DNA of 64,000 bases, from assembly GCA_951406725.2 (NCBI GenBank), contig OX597819.1, positions 76,508,001 to 76,572,000 on the forward strand, in the 5' to 3' direction. Position numbers and translations under genes: made by a program. A model generated the notes under the pieces. It saw only the letters and a list, made by a program, of their open reading frames with translations, searched no databases and was not told the origin of the DNA. Origin of the DNA: Octopus vulgaris. Lineage: Eukaryota. Of this stretch, positions 52,942 to 64,000 are shown piece by piece (the stretch's first letter is position 1; each line of letters starts with the position of its first letter).

Positions 52942-53649
52942 AATTGTTGACTCGCATTTTTAGTAGAAAACAAGCAAGATAAATAATCTCGCTAGTTGCG
53001 CAGAAACGATTACGGAAAAAGATGTCAAATTTCAAAAAAAAAAAGAAGAAATAATAAATAAATGAAAATTATTTATCGATTAAATCTTTAAGCTATGAGA
53101 AAATTTATCCGACGTATAATGAATGTCTATGTCTCAGATTGATAACAGGAAACATGATATGTTGCCTAAATCCTAGATCATCAAAATAAATGTTTCGTAG
53201 CATCAGGAAATCGATTGAAGTTATGTCATCCTATACACCTATGCAAAAAAAAAAATCAATTTCTATACAAGTGGCCAATATCTCAGCCAAGAAACCAGAG
53301 TGAATTGAAAATGAAAGCTTAGCTGTAATAATCGGAATATGAATGTTCACACAAGGAAAATATACAAATGAAATGGTGGTGGCGGTTGGTGGGTCAATAT
53401 TATAGCATCTGCGTAAAGACAGGCCATTGTGGTTTAGAAGTTTGCTTTGCAAGCTTATAGTTTATTAAAGTTCGATCCTACTTCATGACAACATGATCCA
53501 ATGGTCTATATTAGCCTCGGATTAACAGAAACAATGATACCAATAAAATTAAGATAAGCATAGGATAAATATGCACACATACATACATTCATACATACAT
53601 ACATTCATAGACAGACACACACACACACATATTTCTATACATGTTAATC

Positions 53650-53680
<31 letters not shown>

Positions 53681-54315
53681 GCGAGAGAGTACATCTTCAA
53701 ATTTTTATTTTTATTTTTAGTCGGTCATTATAGCATAATTAGTTGATTAAAATGGTGTTACCCATCAGAGGTATTACAGCGAGATTGATGTTTATTACTA
53801 GTTGATGCGGTTAGCCGTAACCTGGAACATATCAGAGAGCTGTTACAATACCAGCCTGGATAATTTATCCCTATCTAATCACTTTATACACACACACGCA
53901 CATACATATATATACAGGTCACGACGGATCTAACGTCATGTGTTAGTAACCTAAATTTCCAATAAATGCACAATGTAATGAGAGCGGTGACAGGGGAGGT
54001 AACATTATGTACTTTAAATATTTGAAAGCGTGTCTAACATAACTGTTCATAGATATTGATATTTAGAAAGTGTCAATATTAATTATCGATTTAAACTTAG
54101 TTTCTATTTCTAAATAAAAACAGTGTATTTTTTAATACTTTGTTAATCCTTTGTTGAGTTTTATTCAACGCAAATTGGCATAATGGGAAAAAGCATAAAT
54201 CAAGCTGCCGCATACACTGAGTAAAGCTTTTCCAGAGTTCGGTGATTTAGTTATTGCAAGTCAACCCTCACTTTTCCCCCTGTTTTCTAAACTGTGTGAG
54301 TTAATTGTAACTCAT

Positions 54316-54465
54316 ACTTAGCGGTTCGGCAAAAGAGACCGATAGAATAAGTACTGGGCTTACAAAGAATAAGTCCCAGGGTCGATTTGCTCGACTAAAG
54401 GCGGTGCTCCAGCATGGCCGCAGTCAAATGACTGAAACAAGTAAAAGAGTAAAAGAGTAAAAGAG
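54316..54465 (+). mobile_element. SINE family A 3' fragment
   Basis: acttagcggttcggcaaaagagaccgatagaataagtac...gaaacaa(gtaaaaga)x3. Confidence 0.9.
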
Positions 54466-54466
54466 T

Positions 54467-54497
<31 letters not shown>

Positions 54498-55095
54498 GTG
54501 TATGTATGTAAGCATGGATGTATGTATGTATGTATGAATGTATGTAGATAGGTAGGTAGGTAGGCACGTACTTATAGATAGAGAGAATGACAGATATACA
54601 TTACGTACGTATGCGTGTGTGTGTATATATATTTAGATATATGTGTGTGTGTACGTGCGTGCTTGTGTATAAATATATATGCACTCATACACAGGTATCC
54701 TTATGCACATATATATATACGTGATCGCAATCATGCTTTTGGGGACATTTTTATACCTATATGCCGACACACAACAAATATCTATCTATCTATATATATG
54801 TTTATATTTATATTTCTGTGTGGTTAAGTGTTGTGAAGAGAGTCACGACAGCCTTTGCGAGAATAGACTTGACCGAACGACTATAAGGTGTCGTTTTTGT
54901 AGTTTGCCGGAATATCGTTTGTTTGTTCAAGGAGAGTTTGTGGTGAGTTTGTTGGATTGCAACGTTATTGTTACCCTGCTTATATTTTATTGTTACTACA
55001 CGGTCATAGTGTAAACAATCATGGTCATGAATAGTAACGATACTACAACAATTAGTGACGAGTAACTACGTTACAATACGATGTATACTTTTTAT

Positions 55096-55128
<33 letters not shown>

Positions 55129-55149
55129 TATATGTATATATATATATAC

Positions 55150-55209
<60 letters not shown>

Positions 55210-55211
<2 letters not shown>

Positions 55212-56590
55212 TATTAATAATAGTAGGGAATAAAAAATTCCAAACTTACAGAAAAAAATTCAATTTAGCAATTCTAAATCAAATTTCACAATATATAATC
55301 TCTGTTAAGTAATTCAATTGATAGTGAAATATATCATCTATATTAAATCATATAGAAATGATTTAAATATATTATTATAAATATTATTCTAAAAATCACT
55401 AAATTAAATAAACATTAAATTGACTACGCGCGTTTCGTGACTATATCTTTAAATCGATAATAATAAAATCGATACTATTAAAATTAATTCGATTTAAAAT
55501 TATTTCTATTTGAAAATATAGCCACTCTTCAGGTCTAAAATAACAAAACGTATCTTAACATATTATAATTAACAAATAAATATAGAAATATACATATCGT
55601 AACAATAAATAATCGAATAAAATGTAACAATATTAATGAAAAATAAAATGATAACTTATCTTATTGAAAAATACCAGTTATATTTAAACGTTAAACTCAG
55701 AACCTAGCGTTGCAAAGAAATTTATCATGGGAAAACATGACGTAAATAATAACTATAGTATAAATAAATAGAAATATGTATTTTAGCTGTGAAAATAACA
55801 ATGTGTATTTTAGCTGTAAAAATAACAAACACACTCGATGTAATATACCATTTACTGGAAAAATTTTAAATTTTCAATAATTTATAACTAAAATAAGTAA
55901 AATTAATCTATAATCATGAATTTATTTATTTATTTATAAACACCTTGGTTTAATCCTATTCTAGTTATGTACATACACTACATAATCTACGGCTAATTTA
56001 TACTCATTATACACTACAAATTATAACTACATAAATTAGTAACATAAATCAGAGTTTATATATATACACATACTAGCCAAACTTATTATATAAGTAATTT
56101 AACCTATGTCTACATTTAATTTTTCTCTTATCTTGGTATTAATCAATTTTTTATTATTAGATAGTAATATCTCCATAAATTCATTTGTACATAGTAAACA
56201 AAAATTATTAACTATTCGTTAAGATTTAGCTTTACAAACTATCTCCCAATTTAAATCATACTTAATTCTTTTAGGTATCAATTTCCATATATATTTGCTA
56301 AGCCCAGTAGAATTAATCAATATTTTATTCTTAAATGAATGCATGTGTTGAGCCACCCCCAATTTGCTTTTATTAGGAGTCGGCCCCACGTAAATCGCAT
56401 TTAAATTATAACTATTCCTATTAATATTATCATCAATCAAAGTCACTACACATTTATGTACTACATCATCCAAATTACATTTATTATTAAATTACATTTT
56501 GTCTTATCTCTGCATATACAATTAATTATATTCTGGTCTTTATTACTAGTGGAATAAATTGTTAATGTAAAACTTATTCAGCTTAAATCT
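55210..56590 (-). mobile_element. 5'-truncated Penelope-like element with hammerhead-bearing pLTR
   Basis: ORF 56219-56473 DVVHKCVV...IYVGPT...QHMHSFKNK...NSTGLSKYIWKL...NWEIVCKA is a PLE GIY-YIG; hammerhead at 55419-55538; 3' end abuts (TA)n. Confidence 0.8.
55419..55538 (-). ncRNA. Type I hammerhead ribozyme motif, intact core
   Basis: Minus TTAGAC CTGAAGA GTGGCTATAT...ATATAGTCAC GAAA CGCGCG TA GTCAA; 10-bp stem II (one G-U), palindromic stem III, GUA triplet. Confidence 0.82.
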
Positions 56591-56603
56591 ATTAAAAGGA
56601 GAA

Positions 56604-56680
<77 letters not shown>

Positions 56681-56819
56681 GATATAGATGTAGCTACATG
56701 TGTGCACACATATGAGTTTAGGTGTCTTTGTCTTCTGTATATGTGTTTATTTTATTTCTATGTATGAAAAGGACCCTTCGCTGGTTCGAGAGATCCGACC
56801 AGTGGTGTGTAATAACGAA

Positions 56820-56950
56820 AAATATTTTATCAACCTCGAAAGGATGAACGGCAAAGTCGACCTCTGAGAAATTTGAAAGCAGGACGTAAACACGGACGAA
56901 ATGCCGCTAAGCATTTTGTCCGGTATGCTAACGATTCTGTCAGCTCGTGA
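56820..56950 (-). mobile_element. SINE family B 5' part
   Basis: gaaaggatgaacggcaaagtcgacctc...gctaacgattctgtcagctcg. Confidence 0.8.
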
Positions 56951-57152
56951 ACTATGTTCAACTAAGATATATTTAAAGTAATTTAGCCAATGAAACCGGC
57001 TATGCCTCAGTGTTTGACTCCATCGTGGAACTCTTGTTAATTTTACCCAACATGACCCGATGGAAATCTTCAAAGAGTGTTTGAGTGCGTGTGTGTGTAT
57101 GTGTTTAGGTGTGCATGTGTATGTATATATATATATATATATATTTGTGTTG

Positions 57153-57191
<39 letters not shown>

Positions 57192-57887
57192 GGCGAGCGT
57201 ATGTAAGTGAGTGCATGTATGTGCGTGCACAATTTATGAGTTTGCAATGAAGCAAATATTTTAAAATTCCCTTCATTTAGAGATATGTCTAAACAAAGAC
57301 TAGGGCCTTTCAGTTGCAGTTGTTGAACGGCCGTTGCCACACAACTGAGTCACTATGCATCCTTTGACAGGTTTCGAAAATCGAAACCTGTTAAAGCTTG
57401 TCTACCGAAAATCATTCTCCTTAATAAGTACGCTTGGTAGTGCTGTTTGTAGAATGTTTTATATTACTAGTAGCACTAAGAGTGATCTAACATAATATCC
57501 ATCCATCCATCTTTGCATAAGTACATACATACATAATACGTACGTATATACATACATGCATACATACATACATACATACATACATACATACATACATACA
57601 TACATACATACATACATACATACATACATACATGCATGCATGCATGCATGCATATACGCGTGTTTGCTTCTGAAAAAAAATTGCAAAAAATTTAGTTAAC
57701 GATTTCAATATCATTTTACAACGAAGCAGTAGGGTATCCTAGGCAGTTTTTTTCACTTTAGCTCGTAAATTAATTGCGAAAGCTCTACCGTTTCATCTCA
57801 CGAACCGTTCAGCTATTAATACGACAGAAGAATATACATTTAGTTTAGTAGCTTTCAGCTAAAATATAGGATATCATAAATACAGCC

Positions 57888-57952
<65 letters not shown>

Positions 57953-58068
57953 ATACATGTGGAAATGATCTTGGTGTCCTTTTCTCTGAATTTTGTTTAG
58001 GATGACAGGTGTACCCTATGTGTATGTTTGTGTTTGTGCGATTTTATTTCTCTCTCTCTCTTTCTTTC

Positions 58069-58139
<71 letters not shown>

Positions 58140-58140
58140 A

Positions 58141-58209
<69 letters not shown>

Positions 58210-58214
<5 letters not shown>

Positions 58215-58370
58215 AGAGTTTACGAAAAAAAAAAGACGAAGACAGGTGGTGTACATAACAAACAGATGTATTAGCATAACGCTCAGGAATATAAAATGTC
58301 TTTTACGTTCCGAGCCTACGCTCTTCTACAGAAAGGGACACAGAAAAAAAACGAGGAGAGAAACAATATA
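58210..58370 (-). mobile_element. Short pLTR-like element between (TA)n tracts with a variant hammerhead-like motif (58298-58339)
   Basis: Minus CCCTTT CTGTAGA A GAGC GTAG GCTC GGAA CG TA AAAGAC; topology of the shortest Penelope hammerheads, core mutated. Confidence 0.45.
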
Positions 58371-58999
58371 TATATATATTGTTTACGAATTCCCAATAGA
58401 GATAATCAGATTTTATGACACTTATAAGATATGAAAGAGAAGCTTTATACTTATAACTATGAAATTTTGAGAATTATTCAGTTTACAATTATCAAATCAC
58501 TGTTTATGAATAATGAAAATGTTTAAAACCAGATGTCTATAATTTGTTGTGTGACTCACATATTGCAATAATCTTTGATAACCTCTTTCTATCTACACAG
58601 TACAATACAGTCAAGATATGAAAACTAATGTACAACTCTGTGCAATCACCGTATCGTTCTTAGCAGAAGAATATATGATTTAAGCACATCGTATATGTAG
58701 AAATGTAACGGTTTTACCGAAAATATCAAAACCTCTTTGAGATCACACTCTATCGTATCATTACAAAAAACTATTGACTAGTTAATTGAATCCGAAGTTA
58801 GATTATGACGGTAAACAAATACAGAATGGTCACGACTGGTACACTTCTGATTATAGGTCTGATACACTACAGCCCGCCTTAAGATTAACAACGAAACTTT
58901 AGGCTACTGTTGTAGCAACATATCATTGCACAACAAATAACAATTTTAAATTCTCTCAAAAGCCTTACATTTTCTTGGTGGAATGTGTTCTTTTAATTT

Positions 59000-59225
59000 A
59001 TACTGGTTTTAGTCATTTAATAGAAACCATGCTGGGGCACCGCCTTAAAGGGTTTAGTCGAACAAATCGCACCCAGGGCTAATCTTTTAAAATCTGGTAC
59101 TTATACTATTTCTTTTGCCTTGTCGCTACGTTACCGGGACGTAATCAAACCAACATCGGTTTTCAGGCTTTGTACGTATCTTTGTGTAAGAAATTGTCCC
59201 CCGCCGCTCGACAACCGGTGTTTTA
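59000..59225 (-). mobile_element. SINE family A-related 3' part
   Basis: ccatgctggggcaccgccttaaag...gtcgaacaaatcg...gtacttat. Confidence 0.7.
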
Positions 59226-59301
59226 TTTGTTCTCATATATAATATATATATATATATGTGTGTGTGAGTGTGTGTGTGTGTGTGTGTGTGTCGTGTGTGT
59301 G

Positions 59302-59428
59302 TATAATTGTTAAAGAGCACAACAAACGTTTAGGCAAGGCAAGCATCTCAAGTCGTATACAATAATATTGTATACGACTTGAGATGTTTGTCTTGCCTTA
59401 ACGTCTGTTGTTCTCTTTATCAATTATA
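59302..59428. repeat. 127-bp palindrome with 3-nt centre
   Basis: ...catctcaagtcgtatacaat-aat-attgtatacgacttgagatg... perfect inner 20-bp arms, imperfect outer arms. Confidence 0.9.
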
Positions 59429-59567
59429 TATCCGTCGCATCAGAAATTTTCCATGGCTCCATAACAACCGTCTCGGCTATAACCATGGAGCCCTACTACT
59501 CCGTTACAGCACTTACCTGGTGTACCTAATTGTTTAGATCACTTATGAACTAAAGCCCCATAATTTG

Positions 59568-59617
<50 letters not shown>

Positions 59618-59623
59618 GTGTGT

Positions 59624-59927
59624 GTGGAGGCACATGTCCTAGTGATTAGAGCAGCGAACTCGCGGTCGAGGGATTGCGGGTTCGAATCTCAAACCGAGCG
59701 ATGTGTGTGTTTATGAGCGAAACACCTAACGTCCACGCGCCTCCGCAGAAGGTAATGGCACTCTTCTGCTGACTCCTTTGCTACAACTTTCTCTCACTCT
59801 TTCCTCCTGCATCTTGGAGCCCATCTGCGACGGATCGGCGTCCCGTCCAGGAGGGGAACCTATACCCCAAGGAAACCGGCAAACCGACCCTTAAGAGCCA
59901 GGCATGGCTAGAGAAGGAACAAACAAT
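59624..59927 (+). mobile_element. tRNA-derived SINE (group C), full length
   Basis: ggaggcacatgtcctagtgattagagcagcg...gggttcgaatctc head; tgcgacggatcggcgtcccgtccagg body; gaaggaacaaacaa tail. Confidence 0.8.
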
Positions 59928-60189
59928 ATATATATATATATGATCTGTTACTAAATTCGCTCAAGAGTTGTTGGATCCAGTTCTATTGTATAAAACAAAT
60001 TTACTTATTGTGTTAGACAAATTTGCTATTGTGTCGTGTGGTGGGACTGCGCTCGCAACCTTGCGATTGCGAAGCGGGTTATTCCTCAATTCCACTTTAT
60101 TAGGTGAAAATATGAAAATACATCCTGAAAAAGAATCTTTTCCACTCTGAGCACTAGGCCCTAGAGTTTTGGAGAGGGATGGGGGCAGC

Positions 60190-60677
60190 CGATTAGATCG
60201 ACCGTAGAACGTAGCGGCAGACGAAATACCGCTAAGCATTTCGTTCGGCGTGCTAACGTTTCTTATCTCTTTACTGCCCACAAGGGGCTAGACACAGGGG
60301 GGAAAAACAAGGACAAACGGATTAAGTCGATTATATCGACCCCAGTGCGTAACCGGTACTTATTTAATCGACTCCGAAAGGATGAAAGGCAAAGTCGACC
60401 TCGGCGGAATTTGAACTCAGAACGCAGCGGCAGACGAAATATCTATTTCTTTACTACCCACAAGGAGCTAAACACGGAGAGGAGAAATAAGGACAGACAA
60501 ACAGATTAAGTCGATTATATCGACCCCGGTGCGTATCTGGCACTTATTTAATCGACTCCGAAAGGATGAAAGACAAACTCGACCTCGGCGGAATTTGAAC
60601 TCAGAACGTAACGGCAGACGAAATACCGCTAAGCATTTCACCCGGCGTGCTAAGTTACTGACAGCTCGTCGACTTAC
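60190..60677 (-). mobile_element. SINE family B head-to-tail array (about 2.5-3 units)
   Basis: agaacg.a.cggcagacgaaata recurs at about 60206, 60419 and 60603. Confidence 0.85.
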
Positions 60678-61185
60678 ATTGTGTAAAAGAATGCCACACC
60701 AATGTATGTTTTTAAAAATTCCCTAGTACTAAATTCTTGATATCAATCATTTACACCTTATTTATTTCGTGGCAATTTTCACCAAACGGTAAACTAAGGT
60801 AAAAGTAAATGGAATAAAGATATTGGCAGGGGATAATCCTTTCTGTGATAGCGTATCATATGTTATATTCAAAGATATCACACCTATATATCGCCCGTAT
60901 ATGAGGGTATGGGTGTTTTGAGTATTGATTTATATGATATAAAGCAAGGCGACTTCTGCCATCGGCACTTCGGCAGATCGTATAATCATTGATGTGCAAA
61001 GTCTACCAAAGGACCGAGAGATGATAAAGCATTTTAAAATTTTATCACAGTTTATCTCAAGTAAGAATATATACACACTTACAAAGTCTCATTTTAGTAA
61101 ATCAAACACGTTTTCGTTTTTGTAGATAAACTAAAACAAACGCATATGTGTGCGTGAATAAACATAAGAAGTAAATAACTTTGCA

Positions 61186-61289
<104 letters not shown>

Positions 61290-62034
61290 CTCATATGTAT
61301 GCAAACACACATATATATTCTTAACATATACATAATATAGGATTCCATAAAACTTATCTGAAACTATCCATACAGTTATAAAGAGTCGAGTGAAACCCCT
61401 CTATGAATTTGTAATAATTATAACCAAAAAGTGTGATAAATCCAATGAGATCAAATGATAGAAACCTTTGTAGCCTCAAGGCAAATCAGATTGGTGTGAA
61501 TCCTGTCTTTTCTTTCTGTTGTATTTCTGATAATCATCATCAACGTCTCTATAATACTTACATATGCATGCTTGTGCGTATGTGACATTGAAATTATTGT
61601 TTTGTCTTAAGAAAATTTTAGTGCGTGTTACGCGTGGGGAAGTTTGTGAATAGTTCAATAAGTAGAAAAATCTAAGGGGAGGTAATTGGTGATCGTTATT
61701 ATTAGGGACAGGGGGTGGTAATTGCTCATCTTTCGGGGAGCGGATAAGTAAATATATATACACAAAAACTTAAAAGATAAAGTAGTGAGACGAAATATGT
61801 ACAGTGATAGGTATATGATCTTGATTTAATATATATATATTGAGATCAAAGTTGGTTATGCGGTCATATTTAGACGCGTTCTGTATTTCTTTATTTAAAC
61901 GTTCTTGTATAGAAATTTTTTCTTTGCACTGGTAGATGAGGAAAAAATGGATAGCATGATACCATAACAGCAGGTTGCAAGGCCGCTACGCATGTAAGAC
62001 TCCAGGAGCTCCAACAAGACCTGTGATAAAGAGA

Positions 62035-62086
62035 AACAACAACAACAACAACAACAACAACTAACAACAACAACAACAACAACAAC

Positions 62087-62144
<58 letters not shown>

Positions 62145-62145
62145 G
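62035..62145. repeat. (CAA)n(TAA)n microsatellite
   Basis: Visible. Confidence 0.95.
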
Positions 62146-62607
62146 TGATAATACACTTGATTGTCAATATTAGGTTGTCGATACTGTCCAGGGAATATGT
62201 ACTACACGCAATGATGGTGGGTCAAGTGGGGTTATTGATAGGGCAATTAGTAACTAAAGTACCAATAAAGACAGCGACCATATCGGCAACAACACAAATA
62301 AAACTATAAGTAAAAACAAAATGTATGACCCTGATGTGGTAAAATTGCGTCATCTTTGTATTGTGGCTTACAAATAAGCTATGGTCAAATCAGTATAGTA
62401 ATCATTTTCATTATCACGTGTAAATGCATTGCTGAATATATATATATAAGAAAAATATGAGTTAGAGGTTATGCAACCGTCTAAGGGATAAATGTATACG
62501 CAGGCACTACTGGTGTATTACCTCAGTATGTAAAGTCCTAGCTATAAGCTATACAGTAGTTGGTAATTTAAAGGTAAAACCATGGTTTAATATATATAGA
62601 AAAGAAA

Positions 62608-62690
62608 AGAAATGGAGCAATAAAATCAATGAGACGTTGATCATTGTTATTAATACCAATGATCAACTTCTCATTGTTTATTATTGCTCC

Positions 62691-62696
<6 letters not shown>
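62608..62696. repeat. 89-bp imperfect palindrome abutting (TA)n
   Basis: agaaatggagcaataaaatcaatgagacgttgatcattg / caatgatcaacttctcattgtttattattgctccatttct. Confidence 0.85.
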
Positions 62697-62746
<50 letters not shown>

Positions 62747-64000
62747 TATACCTTTATTTGTCACCACATCTCATTCTACAACAGCATAATTTCCAAGGCT
62801 GGGTAAGCATGTTGAATCCAGCTAGTGTATCGGATTAATATATGAATAATATAACATGAAGTTGGAAAATTTGCTTCTGCATCGGACACCAGTTTTAATA
62901 GTATATGGAAAAGTTTTATCAAAGAGATAGAAAAGCATGTCTGTAATCTAATAAAGAGCAGCCAGTGGAGTTTACAGAGGTCACTTAAAGACAAACGGCC
63001 GGAAAGTATAAAGATATTAGACAGCTTGGCTCGTAAGAAAAGATAGCATTAACAATCCATTATGAATCTATTTTACTTTGACCAATTCATACACTTTTCT
63101 ACTACTTGGTAAAAGCCAGCTTCAGGTTTCTTTATTTATATTTTATTGTAACTATCACTTAAATTGCTTTGGTTTTGTTATTATCATTATTATCACTGTC
63201 AGTATAATTAAAGTTGCCTTTATTCTGTTATTATTAATATTGCTGGCATTATTATTGTGATGTTATTTCTTATTTGTTTTTGCATCACTTCAGCATGTGC
63301 CGCTCGAATGTCGTAAAGTGATAGGTGGAGAGTAACGGACATGGTATATCTGAAGAACTTGAAAAACTTCGACAGTGCTTGATCGTATTCCATTCAAGGA
63401 AGCACCCACATGTAGCTGTTGCTCAAAGATATTGCATTATATTTTAATTTTAAAGAATAATCTCATGTAATCTTTAATAAATGTAAACTCAACAATTTTA
63501 AGCTGGTGTCCGCTGCAGAAACAAATGTTGTGATTTGGTATTAAAACTTACTATTTTCCATCCTGGCGTTATAATTATTGCTATGCATGTATATATTAAA
63601 TATGTGTGTGTATGTGTGTGTGTTCGTGTGTTTGCTTGTGTGTGTATGTGTGTGTGTATGTGCCTGCATGTGTTTGACCGTGTGTGTATGTATATGGCCT
63701 TCTGTATGTGTGTACGCGCGTTTAAGATTAAGTATAAACTCGAATGCCATTAGTACGTTATAAATAAATGTTATTCCTGATTAATAAATAATGAAAGTGC
63801 TTGACCAGTGAAGTCAAATTTCAATCTTTAATTAGACCGGTGTTTATGCCAGAGATAAATAAAGAGCAGTACACATGCACTTTAATAACAGACACACAAC
63901 TCACACATTCCGGTACCAGTGACAACAACAGATGCAACAGCGAAAGTTACGTAGACTATAATTATTATAATTAAACAAGACGAATAATATTCAATATAAA

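Noticed and set aside
59445-59500. GGCT...AGCC-GAGAC as a hammerhead 3' half
   Set aside because: No CUGANGA upstream on the minus strand.
60190-60677. CRISPR-like repeat array
   Set aside because: Units are about 185-215 bp SINE multimers without unique spacers, in eukaryotic DNA.

Overview
This is AT-rich, microsatellite-dense eukaryotic non-coding DNA whose SINE repertoire points to an octopod cephalopod (Octopus-like; inferred from recognised repeats, not from a search). I can support no intact host protein-coding gene; almost all listed ORFs are translations of microsatellites or SINEs. The window is a mosaic of three tRNA-derived SINE groups, decayed Penelope-like elements (GIY-YIG/RT remnants), R4/Dong-, CR1- and RTE-like LINE fragments, a Tigger/pogo remnant, non-autonomous Helitrons and MITEs. 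The main hidden signal is a set of minimal type I hammerhead ribozyme motifs, read by eye at about 5.2, 20.8, 23.1, 29.0-29.4 (four copies, two per strand, in one large palindrome), 36.8, 55.5 and 58.3 kb. The well-preserved ones carry different palindromic stem III sequences, and most sit in short elements next to (TA)n arrays. Also notable are a near full-length U6 snRNA copy fused directly to the head of a SINE, and a head-to-tail SINE junction that recurs at two loci. All coordinates of degenerate repeats are approximate and no folding or database search was run.
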